From: a candidate division WOR-3 bacterium
GTDB taxonomy: Bacteria; SDB-A
Direction of reading: 5' to 3'
Assembly (NCBI GenBank): GCA_016934535.1
Contig: JAFGSQ010000054.1
Location: 1 to 52,244 of the forward strand
DNA: 52,244 bases
The notes beneath the pieces are model-generated. The model was given only the letters and a program-made list of their open reading frames with translations, did no database searches and was not told the origin of the DNA. This document shows positions 8,197 to 17,493 of the stretch, piece after piece. Every line of letters starts with the position of its first letter. Within the stretch, counting starts at the first letter, position 1. Made by a program: the position numbers and the translations under genes.

Positions 8197-10290
8197 TCAT
8201 AGAGGAAAAATAGTTTTACGCGGCAAGACAAGGCGTTTGTGTTTCAACAGTTCAATGACTTCTTCAGGAGTGGAAGATCCGGCGATTTTGTCGGCGTAAT
8301 CCTTGTCCCTGAAAAGACTACCGAGGGAAGCGAGTATTTCAAGGTGCGGAGATTTATCTTCAGGGGACAGTATGAGAAAAACTATTTTTGAAGGAAGTTC
8401 GTCTATAGAGCCGAATTTCACACCGTTTTTCGATATGCCGATGGCGATTTCGACTTTTTTCACCTGGCTGGTCCTGACGTGAGGAACTGCGAGACCGTTT
8501 TGGAGACCGGTACTCATTGTTTTTTCCCTGTCAAGGATCAACTTCACAACAGTTTCTTTATCTTCAATTTTCCCTTTTTTTGAGAGAACTTCAACAAGTT
8601 CGTTTATGACGCCTTCTTTTTCAGAAGATTTCAAAGGGATGGATACACATGAAGGTTCTATGTATTTCGCCAGGTCAATTTCAAATTTTGAACCTCCGTT
8701 AGTGACTATTTCTTTTTTCATCTGGACAGGTTTTGCAAGAGATTTAAGATGTTGAGAAGTGTCGAACAACTTTAGAAACGACTCGTAAATGATCGTATTT
8801 ATTAGCCCGATATCTTCCTGCCTTGCCTTGAAAATCATTTTATCGTTGAAGACGGTCAGCTTTAAAAAAATGTTGTTCCTTCTTATATAATGCAAGTTTT
8901 CTTCTGATTTTATATGAGTTATAAAAAAACCTTCCATACTGAAGTTGTTAAGTACGTTTGACAATATGAGAGCAGAAAGCTCCGGATTGGGAATGTCGAA
9001 AACCGCTTCGGCTTCTTCGACGGTTTTGGGTTCTTTTTTTACGCCTTTTTTACTGGAACGAAAAGACGCGTCAATAAACGGCGGAGCGATGAGCGTGCTC
9101 AGCATAGCCATCATGACGCAAACGCCGAAAGTCTTTTCGTCAAAAATTGAATACATAAGGGCAAAGCCTGCGATTATTAGAGCTACTTCACCTCTCGGTA
9201 TCATTCCGAGTCCGATTCTGATCGCGCCTCTGAGATTGAAATTCATAAAGTAGGCTGGCAGACCACAGCCTATGACTTTCGAAATGATTGCCGTCCCAGT
9301 GAAAATTATGCCGAAAGCGACAATTTCTTTTTGAAGAAAAATCGCGGGATTTAACAGCATCCCCATGACCGTGAAAAAAACAGGAACGAAAAAAGCTTCA
9401 AGGGAACCCAAAGATTCCTTGATAACATAACTGATGTCGGTTCTCGACAGAGAAAGACCCATGACATAAGCCCCCACTATCATTGCCAGGCCGGATTTTT
9501 CGAAAACACCGCCCATTAAAAGGGCCAGAGATAGGGACAGCAATGAAAACGTCATTCTGTTTTTAAAAACTTTTAGAGCCTTGCCGATTTTTTTCGCCGC
9601 GAGAAGAGTCAGAACGGTGAATATCAGCCACGTAGCTACGATTTTCAGTGTAAAGGTAAAAATTTTGTAGAAATTGACGTTAGAAAACTTGCCGGCGGAA
9701 TTTGTCGACGCGAAAGCGAGTATTACGGACAAGGTGATTATTCCCAAGACATCATCAATCACTGCCGCGGACAATATAGTGATTCCTTCCGGAGTGTCTA
9801 TTTTTCTTCTTTCGGAAAGAATTCTCACTGTTATTCCTACCGAAGTGGCCATGCTTATACACCCGAGAAGGAGAGATTTGAAAGAAAAATACGGTTCGTG
9901 CAGAAAAATTACGGAACAGTAGGATCCGAGTAAAAATGAAAATACTGCTCCGGCAATTCCGATGACACTGGCCGAGAGTGAGTAGTGAAGAAACAGCTTA
10001 ATGTCGGTTTCGAGGCCTGAAAAAAACAGAAGGATTATTGAAGCGACCGTGGCGAAAGAATATAGCTCTGCGCTTACAGGAAAGTTCATGGCGTGATTGT
10101 ACGGAAAAAGCCCTTCGGGAAATCCCGGTAGATGTATCTTGCCCAAAACATATGGTCCAATTACGACTCCGGCAATAATCTCGCCCAGAACAGCGGGAAG
10201 TTTTATTTTTCTGAAAAGGATTCCAGTGCCTATCGCAGCGATTATTATCAGCGAAAGCTGAAATATGAATTTTGTCATGTTTTCTATCAT
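8197..10290 (-). CDS. Cation:proton antiporter (CPA2) fused to a C-terminal PTS EIIA(Ntr/Fru)-like domain
   Basis: LGEIIAGVVIGP, GLETD, ATSVGIT, AAVIDD, PVFF and GMIPRGEVALI. The C-terminal EIIA motif is ILDREKTMSTGLQNGLAVPHVR. Confidence 0.92.
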   Translation of the reverse strand: MIENMTKFIFQLSLIIIAAIGTGILFRKIKLPAVLGEIIAGVVIGPYVLGKIHLPGFPEGLFPYNHAMNFPVSAELYSFATVASIILLFFSGLETDIKLFLHYSLSASVIGIAGAVFSFLLGSYCSVIFLHEPYFSFKSLLLGCISMATSVGITVRILSERRKIDTPEGITILSAAVIDDVLGIITLSVILAFASTNSAGKFSNVNFYKIFTFTLKIVATWLIFTVLTLLAAKKIGKALKVFKNRMTFSLLSLSLALLMGGVFEKSGLAMIVGAYVMGLSLSRTDISYVIKESLGSLEAFFVPVFFTVMGMLLNPAIFLQKEIVAFGIIFTGTAIISKVIGCGLPAYFMNFNLRGAIRIGLGMIPRGEVALIIAGFALMYSIFDEKTFGVCVMMAMLSTLIAPPFIDASFRSSKKGVKKEPKTVEEAEAVFDIPNPELSALILSNVLNNFSMEGFFITHIKSEENLHYIRRNNIFLKLTVFNDKMIFKARQEDIGLINTIIYESFLKLFDTSQHLKSLAKPVQMKKEIVTNGGSKFEIDLAKYIEPSCVSIPLKSSEKEGVINELVEVLSKKGKIEDKETVVKLILDREKTMSTGLQNGLAVPHVRTSQVKKVEIAIGISKNGVKFGSIDELPSKIVFLILSPEDKSPHLEILASLGSLFRDKDYADKIAGSSTPEEVIELLKHKRLVLPRKTIFPL

Positions 10291-10480
10291 GTTTGCGCTT
10301 GATCTTTCTTTCTGTGAGAATTTAAAAAGTTACGTGATTATACATCCGGTAAAGATAAAATCAATGAGAATATTTTCCGGAAAACAAAATGTTTCGATTG
10401 AAAAACGATGTCGTTCATGAAAATATTTGTTAGATTTAATAAATGAAAAACTTATAAATTCATAAACGCGGGAGAAATTC

Positions 10481-11221
10481 ATGAACGCTAAAATATTTTT
10501 GTTTTTTTCAATGATATTTTTATGCCGGTCCATTCATTCTTACACGGCTGAAGAAATTGTCAGGAAACTCGACGATCTTTACAGAAGCGAATCGAGTTTT
10601 GGAAAAATCGAAATGAAAATTGTCACTCCCGACTGGCAGAGAACTCTCATTTTCAACATCTGGACTCTCGGCATGGAAAAAACATTTATAAGAATAATTT
10701 CACCGGAAAGAGAAAAGGATTACGCGACACTGAGAATCGGTACGGATATGTGGAATTACCTTCCTCCGACTAACAGAGTGATGAAAATTCCGCCGTCCAT
10801 GATGCTTTCTTCGTGGATGGGGTCGGATTTCACTAACGACGACCTCGTCAAAGAATCTTCCTTCGAAGAAGATTACACATACAGAATCGTTAAAATCGAG
10901 GATTCAAAAGAAGGCGAATTGTATTTGGAAATGCTGCCGAAAGAAAATTCCGCGGTTGTATGGGGGAAGATAATAACGGCCGTTAGTGAAAACGATTTAT
11001 TGCCGCTCTGGCAAAAATTTTACGACGAAGACGGAAACTACAAAAGAACAATAACTTATTCTGACGTCAGGATTTTCGGAACAAGAGAAATCCCGTCTGT
11101 CATGGAACTCGTTCCGATGGACAGACCAGGCAACAGAACCGAAATCCGTTTCACTGAAATGGAATTCGACGCAGAGATAGACGAAGAGATTTTCACTCTG
11201 AAAAATCTTCAGAGAAACTGA
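10481..11221 (+). CDS. LolA-like outer-membrane lipoprotein-sorting family protein
   Basis: Signal peptide and MWNYLP...SWMGSDFTNDDL motif; first gene of an FtsX-type ABC operon. Confidence 0.85.
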   Translation: MNAKIFLFFSMIFLCRSIHSYTAEEIVRKLDDLYRSESSFGKIEMKIVTPDWQRTLIFNIWTLGMEKTFIRIISPEREKDYATLRIGTDMWNYLPPTNRVMKIPPSMMLSSWMGSDFTNDDLVKESSFEEDYTYRIVKIEDSKEGELYLEMLPKENSAVVWGKIITAVSENDLLPLWQKFYDEDGNYKRTITYSDVRIFGTREIPSVMELVPMDRPGNRTEIRFTEMEFDAEIDEEIFTLKNLQRN

Positions 11222-12438
11222 TGTTTTATCTAAAACTCGCCCTGAGAAATCTTCTTCGTCAGAAAAGAAGGTCCGTCATAACCGGGATAACCATGGCCGG
11301 GGGATTCGCACTTTTTTCAATTTCAATAGCATGGGCGGACGGTTCTTACAAGGGTATCATAGAGGTTTTCACTGAAAACAGACTGGGGCATATTCAGATT
11401 CACGCGGACGGATATCTCGAATCTCCGTCCATCTATAAAAGCGTGAAAGACGCTTATTCGATAGGTTCTGTCGTCTCTGAAATAGAAGGGGTCAAAAGCT
11501 GGACGCCGAGAGTTTTTGCCGGAGGACTCGGAATGGCAGGAGATAAAACAACAGCGGTTCAGATAATAGGAATTGATCCTGAAAAAGAATCGGCGACTTC
11601 GAATTTCGAAAGAAAAATGACAGAAGGCGCTTACCTCGATAATTCCGACAGTAAAAAAGTCATCATAGGCAGAGACCTGGCAAAAATAATATCGGCAGAA
11701 ATCGGTGACACGATTGTGTTTCTTTCGCAGGCGGCAGACGGCTCCATAGCGAACGACCAGTACGAAATAAAGGGAATGGTTTCGACGGGAAATCCGGCTG
11801 AAGACAGAATAAACTGCTACATAATCATTGATGACGCATGGGACCTGTTTTACATGCACGGCAGTTGTCACGAAATATCAATATTGGCTCACTCGATGAA
11901 TGACCTGGATAAGATCGCGGCTGAAATAGAATCGGAAATACCTGAAGAACTTGAGACCAAGACCTGGATTGAATTTGCCGCTCATTTTTACAAGGCCATG
12001 CAGGCAGACAGGGCAGGAGACAGAGTGTTTCGCCTGATAATAATGCTCGTGATATCAGTCGGCGTCTTTAATTCAATTTTGATGTCGGTCCTTGAAAGAA
12101 CGAGGGAATACGGATTATTAAAAGCCCTCGGTATGAAACCCGCCGGTGTTTTCAAGCTTATTTACGCCGAGTTTTTACTTCTCGCAATTTTAAGCGTTTG
12201 CGCAGGAAGTTTAATCGCTGCAGGAGCCATATCATACTTGTCAGTCAAAGGTGTTGTCATAGGGAACGGATTTTCTTACGGAGGCATGGTTTTCAAAGAG
12301 ATGAAAGCCGAATTCAATTTGAGAGCATTGCTCGAACCTCTGTTTCTCCTCTTTATTTCTGTCACAGTAGTCACGTTATTCCCCGCCCTGAAAGCTTCCA
12401 AAACCGACCCGAGCGTAACGATGAGGGATTTCGGATGA
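11221..12438 (+). CDS. ABC transporter permease (FtsX/LolE/MacB type)
   Basis: ALRNLLRQKRRS N-terminus, a large periplasmic domain and MSVLERTREYGLLKALG. Confidence 0.92.
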   Translation: MFYLKLALRNLLRQKRRSVITGITMAGGFALFSISIAWADGSYKGIIEVFTENRLGHIQIHADGYLESPSIYKSVKDAYSIGSVVSEIEGVKSWTPRVFAGGLGMAGDKTTAVQIIGIDPEKESATSNFERKMTEGAYLDNSDSKKVIIGRDLAKIISAEIGDTIVFLSQAADGSIANDQYEIKGMVSTGNPAEDRINCYIIIDDAWDLFYMHGSCHEISILAHSMNDLDKIAAEIESEIPEELETKTWIEFAAHFYKAMQADRAGDRVFRLIIMLVISVGVFNSILMSVLERTREYGLLKALGMKPAGVFKLIYAEFLLLAILSVCAGSLIAAGAISYLSVKGVVIGNGFSYGGMVFKEMKAEFNLRALLEPLFLLFISVTVVTLFPALKASKTDPSVTMRDFG

Positions 12439-13667
12439 AGATTTTTTCTCTATGGCTCAAACTTGCCGGAAGAAATATACTGAGGAACAAGAAAAGAAGT
12501 TTTTTAACTTCGTTGTCCGTCGGTATGGGTCTTGCCGTTCTTATTTTCACAGACGCCTTTATACTCGGATTTCAGGATTACATGAGAATTTCAGCGACTT
12601 CAATATTTTCAGGAGAAGCTCAGATACATGCCGAGAATTATCTCGAGACCATGCAGGCTCAAGACACTTTGTTCGGTTACAGGCAGGTTGTTGAAAGGAT
12701 AAAAGAGCGCCCGGAAGTTCTGTATTTCGCCCCGAGAATTCTGTCAACCGCAACCGTTACTTCAGCTTCAGACATAAAATACATTTATCTTGCCGGAGTA
12801 GATCCTGAAAAAGAAAGAAACATTTCCGTTTTCGACGACTGCCTCGTCGAAGGTGTGTATTTGTCTTCCGACAACCAGCAGGACATTCTATTGGGCAAGG
12901 ACCTTGCAAGAAGCCTCGGCGTCGATTCCGGAGACAAAGTCGTAGTTACGGTGGCTCAGCCTTTCACGGGTCAGATTTATCAGGAACTTTTCAGGGTTTC
13001 AGGCATATTCGAAACGGACATGGAAGAAATAAACAAGACTGTCGTTCTCGTGAATATTGAAAGAGCATCTCAAATACTCGCCCTCGAAGGGAGCGTACAC
13101 GAGATAGCCGTAAAATTCAAAAACTCATATTACGCAGAGAACCTTGAAAATGATTTTTTCAGCGAATTTTCTTTGGACGGCAACAAGACCGCCGGATGGA
13201 CGGAATTGTATCCCGACGTGTCGGCGTTTTTTGACCTTGCAAAAATATCTGTCGGAGTAGTTGCGCTGATAATTTTTTTCATAGTCAGTTTGGGAATAGT
13301 CAACACTATGTTCATGGCAATTTACGATAGAATATTCGAATTTGGCGTCATCAGAGCCATAGGAGCTAAAAAATCGTTCGTTTTTGGGCTTATCATAATC
13401 GAGACTTTTATACTCTGCTTGTGGAGCGTCCTGCTGGGCTGTGTAGCAGGATTTTTAGTCACTTATTTTTTTTCCGTTACAGGTATCGATTATCAGGGCA
13501 TCGAATATGAAAACGTTCTTTTGAGAACCATTTATCCATCCTTGAATCTGTCGCAATTCTATAAATACCCTTTGCTGCTTTTGGCTCTTTCACTTGCGAT
13601 AGCAATATATCCGGCGTCTTACGCTTCGCGCATATCTCTCACAAAAGCCGTAAAAAAAACTTTATAA
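12435..13667 (+). CDS. ABC transporter permease (FtsX/LolE type), second paralogue
   Basis: The true start is the ATGA overlap at 12435 (MKIFSLWLKLAGRNILRNKKRS); it contains MAIYDRIFEFGVIRAIG. Confidence 0.92.
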   Translation: MKIFSLWLKLAGRNILRNKKRSFLTSLSVGMGLAVLIFTDAFILGFQDYMRISATSIFSGEAQIHAENYLETMQAQDTLFGYRQVVERIKERPEVLYFAPRILSTATVTSASDIKYIYLAGVDPEKERNISVFDDCLVEGVYLSSDNQQDILLGKDLARSLGVDSGDKVVVTVAQPFTGQIYQELFRVSGIFETDMEEINKTVVLVNIERASQILALEGSVHEIAVKFKNSYYAENLENDFFSEFSLDGNKTAGWTELYPDVSAFFDLAKISVGVVALIIFFIVSLGIVNTMFMAIYDRIFEFGVIRAIGAKKSFVFGLIIIETFILCLWSVLLGCVAGFLVTYFFSVTGIDYQGIEYENVLLRTIYPSLNLSQFYKYPLLLLALSLAIAIYPASYASRISLTKAVKKTL

Positions 13668-13678
13668 AGGAGCTTTCA

Positions 13679-14368
13679 ATGGAAACGGTCATAATATCCC
13701 TAAAAAACCTGAAGAAAACATATAAAGACGGGGGAGTGCCTGTTGAAGCAGTCAGAGGGATCAGCTGTGAATTTGAAAGAGGAGAGTTCACGGCCGTTGT
13801 CGGACCGTCAGGTTCTGGAAAAACCACACTGATGAATCTGATGGCCGGACTCGATTCCCCTACGGAAGGTTCGTCTTTTCTCGGAGGAACGGACATAAGC
13901 AAGATGAAAGGATCGGAGCTTTCAGATTTCAGAAGAGACAATATAGGATTTATATTCCAATCGTACAATCTGATACCCGTGCTCACAGTGAGGGAAAACA
14001 CCGAATTCATTCTCCTTCTTCAAGGCGTCGGAAAAAAAGAACGTGACAAAAAAATATCGAATATTCTGACAGAAATCGGCCTCGATGGTTTCGCCGACAG
14101 AGTCGTCACAAAACTCTCGGGCGGCCAACAGCAGAGAGTAGCCGTCGCCAGAGCAGTCGCCGCTAATCCGAAAATTATTCTCGCGGACGAACCGACGGCG
14201 AATCTCGATTCTGAAAACAGCTTGAATCTAATAAACCTGATGCTCGACATGAACGAGAAACACGGGACAACTTTTATATTTTCCACTCACGATCAGCTTA
14301 TTATCAGCAAGGCCAAAAGAGTTCTGATAATCAGGGACGGAATGATATTTTCCGACGAAAGAAGATGA
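13679..14368 (+). CDS. ABC transporter ATP-binding protein (LolD/MacB-like)
   Basis: Walker A GPSGSGKT, signature LSGGQQQR, Walker B ILADEPT and H-loop STHD. Confidence 0.96.
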   Translation: METVIISLKNLKKTYKDGGVPVEAVRGISCEFERGEFTAVVGPSGSGKTTLMNLMAGLDSPTEGSSFLGGTDISKMKGSELSDFRRDNIGFIFQSYNLIPVLTVRENTEFILLLQGVGKKERDKKISNILTEIGLDGFADRVVTKLSGGQQQRVAVARAVAANPKIILADEPTANLDSENSLNLINLMLDMNEKHGTTFIFSTHDQLIISKAKRVLIIRDGMIFSDERR

Positions 14369-15525
14369 GCTGTTCAAAAAAACTCTTTTTATTATTTTTT
14401 ACTTTTGTCTATTTCTCCGGTCTGTTCGGAGAGACTGTGGATTTTTCCGGTTACATAAAGAATTATTTCAGCCTGTCGGAATTTACTCCGGAAAAATCGT
14501 CGAGGGGAATGAACACAAACGCAGCCTATTTGAAAATCCGTTTCATTCCGAACGAGTATTTTAGTTTCAACGCCTCGTACAAACTTTCCATGTCCGCATC
14601 GGATCCATACTTCGCGGATTATTTTACGTCTGATGAACTTTCATACAGAGTCACAGACATCAAATCGAGCATATATCCGCGAGAAAATGAAAAGGTAAAA
14701 GCGTTTTTCATCAATCATAACATCGACAGGCTCTACGTTTCCCTGAAAACTAAAAAATTCGATGTTTACACTGGCAGACAGCCGATCTCCTGGGGAATGT
14801 CCAGATTTATTTCACCGACAGATGTTTTGGCCAAAACTTCATTTTTTAATGTGGACAGGGAAGAATTCAGAGGAGTGGACGCAATCGTGGCAAGATTTCC
14901 TTGCGGCACCGGTGAACTGACCGCCGGATCGGTTTTCGGCAGAAACTTTTCAGGAAAAAACTCCGTTCATTACATCAAAACACGGATCGTGTTAAGAGGA
15001 TTTGACACGGAAATTCTGGCGGCACAGGCAAAAGAAGATTTATTGGCCGGGTTTTCATTCTCTTGTCCTTTCAAGGGAGCTTTAATCTGGTTTGAAAACG
15101 CCTGTCATTTCTCGCTCAAAGGATTCAACTCTTCCGCGGGTTTTGATTATTATTTTCCCGGCGGTTTATACGTGTTTTTTGAGTACTATTTTAACAGCTT
15201 CGGCGAAAATTCGGCTGAAAATTATCATCTCAATTCGGTCAAAACAGCTTACGAGAAGAATTTCATATATCTTCAGGCAAAGAATTACCTTTCTTTCGGC
15301 TTGAACAGGCAAATAAACCCCCTCGTATCTATGTCAATGAAAAGTTCTCTGAACGTCTGCGACGTCTCATTGTTCGTCCTGCTTTCATCGGAGATGAATC
15401 TTAGAGAAAATGTCTACATTGAAGTTGGATACGCCACCGGTGTCTCTTTGAACTCTGCTTCCCGGATTTCCGAATACGGAAATTACGGAAAAATGGCTTT
15501 CGCTTCTTCAGTGTTTTATTTTTAA
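14365..15525 (+). CDS. Predicted outer-membrane beta-barrel protein
   Basis: Signal peptide, aromatic-rich alternating strands, IDRLYV...GRQPISWG and a C-terminal VFYF. Confidence 0.75.
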   Translation: MSCSKKLFLLFFTFVYFSGLFGETVDFSGYIKNYFSLSEFTPEKSSRGMNTNAAYLKIRFIPNEYFSFNASYKLSMSASDPYFADYFTSDELSYRVTDIKSSIYPRENEKVKAFFINHNIDRLYVSLKTKKFDVYTGRQPISWGMSRFISPTDVLAKTSFFNVDREEFRGVDAIVARFPCGTGELTAGSVFGRNFSGKNSVHYIKTRIVLRGFDTEILAAQAKEDLLAGFSFSCPFKGALIWFENACHFSLKGFNSSAGFDYYFPGGLYVFFEYYFNSFGENSAENYHLNSVKTAYEKNFIYLQAKNYLSFGLNRQINPLVSMSMKSSLNVCDVSLFVLLSSEMNLRENVYIEVGYATGVSLNSASRISEYGNYGKMAFASSVFYF

Positions 15526-15553
15526 AACGCCGAAATATATTTTCACACTCAGT

Positions 15554-15582
15554 TTGACTAATATATCAAACGATTTTATAAT
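15554..15582 (+). promoter_or_regulatory. Sigma70-type promoter of the M23/bactofilin operon
   Basis: TTGACT (15554-15559), 17 bp, TATAAT (15577-15582), 18 bp before the ATG. Confidence 0.75.
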
Positions 15583-15600
15583 ACTTACAAGTGATATGAA

Positions 15601-16512
15601 ATGAAACGAAATGAAAATAAACATCTGACCATTCTGTTCATACCCCACAGCGCGAAAAATCCGCTGACAATTAATATTTCGTACTTTGTAATAAAGCTTA
15701 TGATTTCCTTGTTTGTTGTTGTAATTCTTTTTTCAGCCGTTTCACTTACTCTTACCAGGTACTACGCGAATCAAAAATCCATTCTCGCCGAGAAAAACGA
15801 AGAGCTTCAAAGCGAGAGAGACACTCTTTACAGGATAATTGATCAGGTTGAAAACATTAAAAACGAAATGATGATTCTTGAACAACTCAGACTGAAACTC
15901 AGAAACAAACTATACAGCGACAGCGATTCGGGAGACAGCCTTGAGGACATGACTTTTCTGGGACTTCTGCCTTCAATGGGCGGAAGCGCAGGGTGTGAAA
16001 GCAGAAGCAGTATTGGAGATGTCTATGAAGAGATCCTGTTCATAAGATCTGAAATCCCCGCGGCTTTTGATCTGGCGGAAAGAACCATTTCAGAAGCCGA
16101 CAGCATCGAATATGAACTTTCTCACATCCCTTCTATAAATCCCACTGACGGCAACGTCACATCGGGATTCGGATTCAGAAAAGACCCGTTTCTTCCGACC
16201 ATCAGATTCCACAACGGAGTAGACATTCCAAACGCTTCAGGAACGCTTGTATGGGCCAGCGCTGACGGCGTCGTCAATTACGCCGGAACCATGTCAGGTT
16301 ACGGAAACATTGTTAGGATTCAGCACAACTGCTCACTCGAGACCATATACGCTCATCTTGACAGCTTCACTGTCCGTTTGCGTGACAAAGTGGCAAGAGG
16401 CGACGTAATAGGCTACATGGGTTCGACTGGAAGAAGCACCGATCCTCATCTTCACTACGAAGTCAGGATTTACGATAAACCTGTTGACCCGATGAACTTC
16501 ATAAAAGATTAG
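15601..16512 (+). CDS. M23-family metallopeptidase with an N-terminal TM segment and coiled coil
   Basis: HNGVD, YAHL and TGRSTDPHLHYEV give the HxxxD/HxH zinc motifs. Confidence 0.95.
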   Translation: MKRNENKHLTILFIPHSAKNPLTINISYFVIKLMISLFVVVILFSAVSLTLTRYYANQKSILAEKNEELQSERDTLYRIIDQVENIKNEMMILEQLRLKLRNKLYSDSDSGDSLEDMTFLGLLPSMGGSAGCESRSSIGDVYEEILFIRSEIPAAFDLAERTISEADSIEYELSHIPSINPTDGNVTSGFGFRKDPFLPTIRFHNGVDIPNASGTLVWASADGVVNYAGTMSGYGNIVRIQHNCSLETIYAHLDSFTVRLRDKVARGDVIGYMGSTGRSTDPHLHYEVRIYDKPVDPMNFIKD

Positions 16513-16521
16513 GAGTTTTAA

Positions 16522-16938
16522 ATGCTTGGCAAGAATTCAAAAGGCGAAGGTAAAATTGAAAGCATCGTAGGCCAGACCACCTTTTTCGAAGGGACGGTCT
16601 CTTCTGAAAATTCAATCAGGGTTGACGGTAAAATTGAAGGAACGGTCAACGGACATCAGGACGTGATTATAGGAGAAACAGGTTACGTCAAAGGCACGGT
16701 CAAGGGAGAAAACCTTATAATAGCGGGCACTCTCGAAGGTGGAGCCGACATAAACGGAACGCTTTTCATAAAAAAAACCGCAACCATTCTGGGAGACGTC
16801 ACAGTCGGAATGATAGACATAGAAGAGGGCGGTAAATTTCTCGGCAACTGCAAAATGAAAAATGAGCTGAAACTTCTTGAAAGTTCAAAAAAAATTGAAC
16901 AGGACAGAAACAGGGAAAATCCTGAAGAAACAGAATGA
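16522..16938 (+). CDS. Bactofilin (polymer-forming cytoskeletal protein)
   Basis: IRVDGKIEGTV...VIIGETGYVKGTV...IEEGGKFLGNCKM beta-helix repeats; AGGAG RBS. Confidence 0.93.
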   Translation: MLGKNSKGEGKIESIVGQTTFFEGTVSSENSIRVDGKIEGTVNGHQDVIIGETGYVKGTVKGENLIIAGTLEGGADINGTLFIKKTATILGDVTVGMIDIEEGGKFLGNCKMKNELKLLESSKKIEQDRNRENPEETE

Positions 16939-17489
16939 AAACGAGAATTTTTTTTTATTTTCTTTTCGGGTTATTTTTCGCCGCGTGCTCGGCGGACCGG
17001 AACGGAATTGAAAGAAGTGAAAACACCATGATTTTGACGAGCGACGCATTTGATAACGGGCAAGAAATCCCCGTCAAATATACTTGCGACGGGGAAAACA
17101 TGTCTCCTTATTTGTCGTGGGATTCTTTCCCCGAAGAGACCAAATCTTTCGCAATTATCTGCGACGATCCCGACGCTCCCTCAGGGGGCTGGGTTCACTG
17201 GGTTGTTTACAATATACCTGTTGAAGTGACTTTTTTACAGGAAGGATTGGCGACGGACAGCGTGCTCGGAAACGGTATAATCCAGGGATTGACTGATTTT
17301 AAACGCACAGGATACGGCGGACCTTGCCCTCCCAGCGGTACGCACAGATATTTTTTTAAAATTTACGCCTTGAACGACTCTCTCGACCTTGGACCGGGAT
17401 TGAACGAAGAGCAGTTATTGCGGAAAATCACCCCTAATATAATCTCACAGGGCGAGCTAATGGGAACATACAGGCGTCAGGGTAGATAA
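16935..17489 (+). CDS. YbhB/YbcL family (PEBP/Raf-kinase-inhibitor-like) lipoprotein
   Basis: FAAC lipobox; YTCDG...SP, DDPDAP...WVHW and GYGGPCPPSGTHRYFF. Confidence 0.94.
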   Translation: MKTRIFFYFLFGLFFAACSADRNGIERSENTMILTSDAFDNGQEIPVKYTCDGENMSPYLSWDSFPEETKSFAIICDDPDAPSGGWVHWVVYNIPVEVTFLQEGLATDSVLGNGIIQGLTDFKRTGYGGPCPPSGTHRYFFKIYALNDSLDLGPGLNEEQLLRKITPNIISQGELMGTYRRQGR

Positions 17490-17493
17490 AAAG

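Noticed and set aside
12198-12434. N-terminal extension of the second permease in the ORF track
   Set aside because: It overlaps the previous permease; homology-like sequence starts at the ATGA overlap at 12435.
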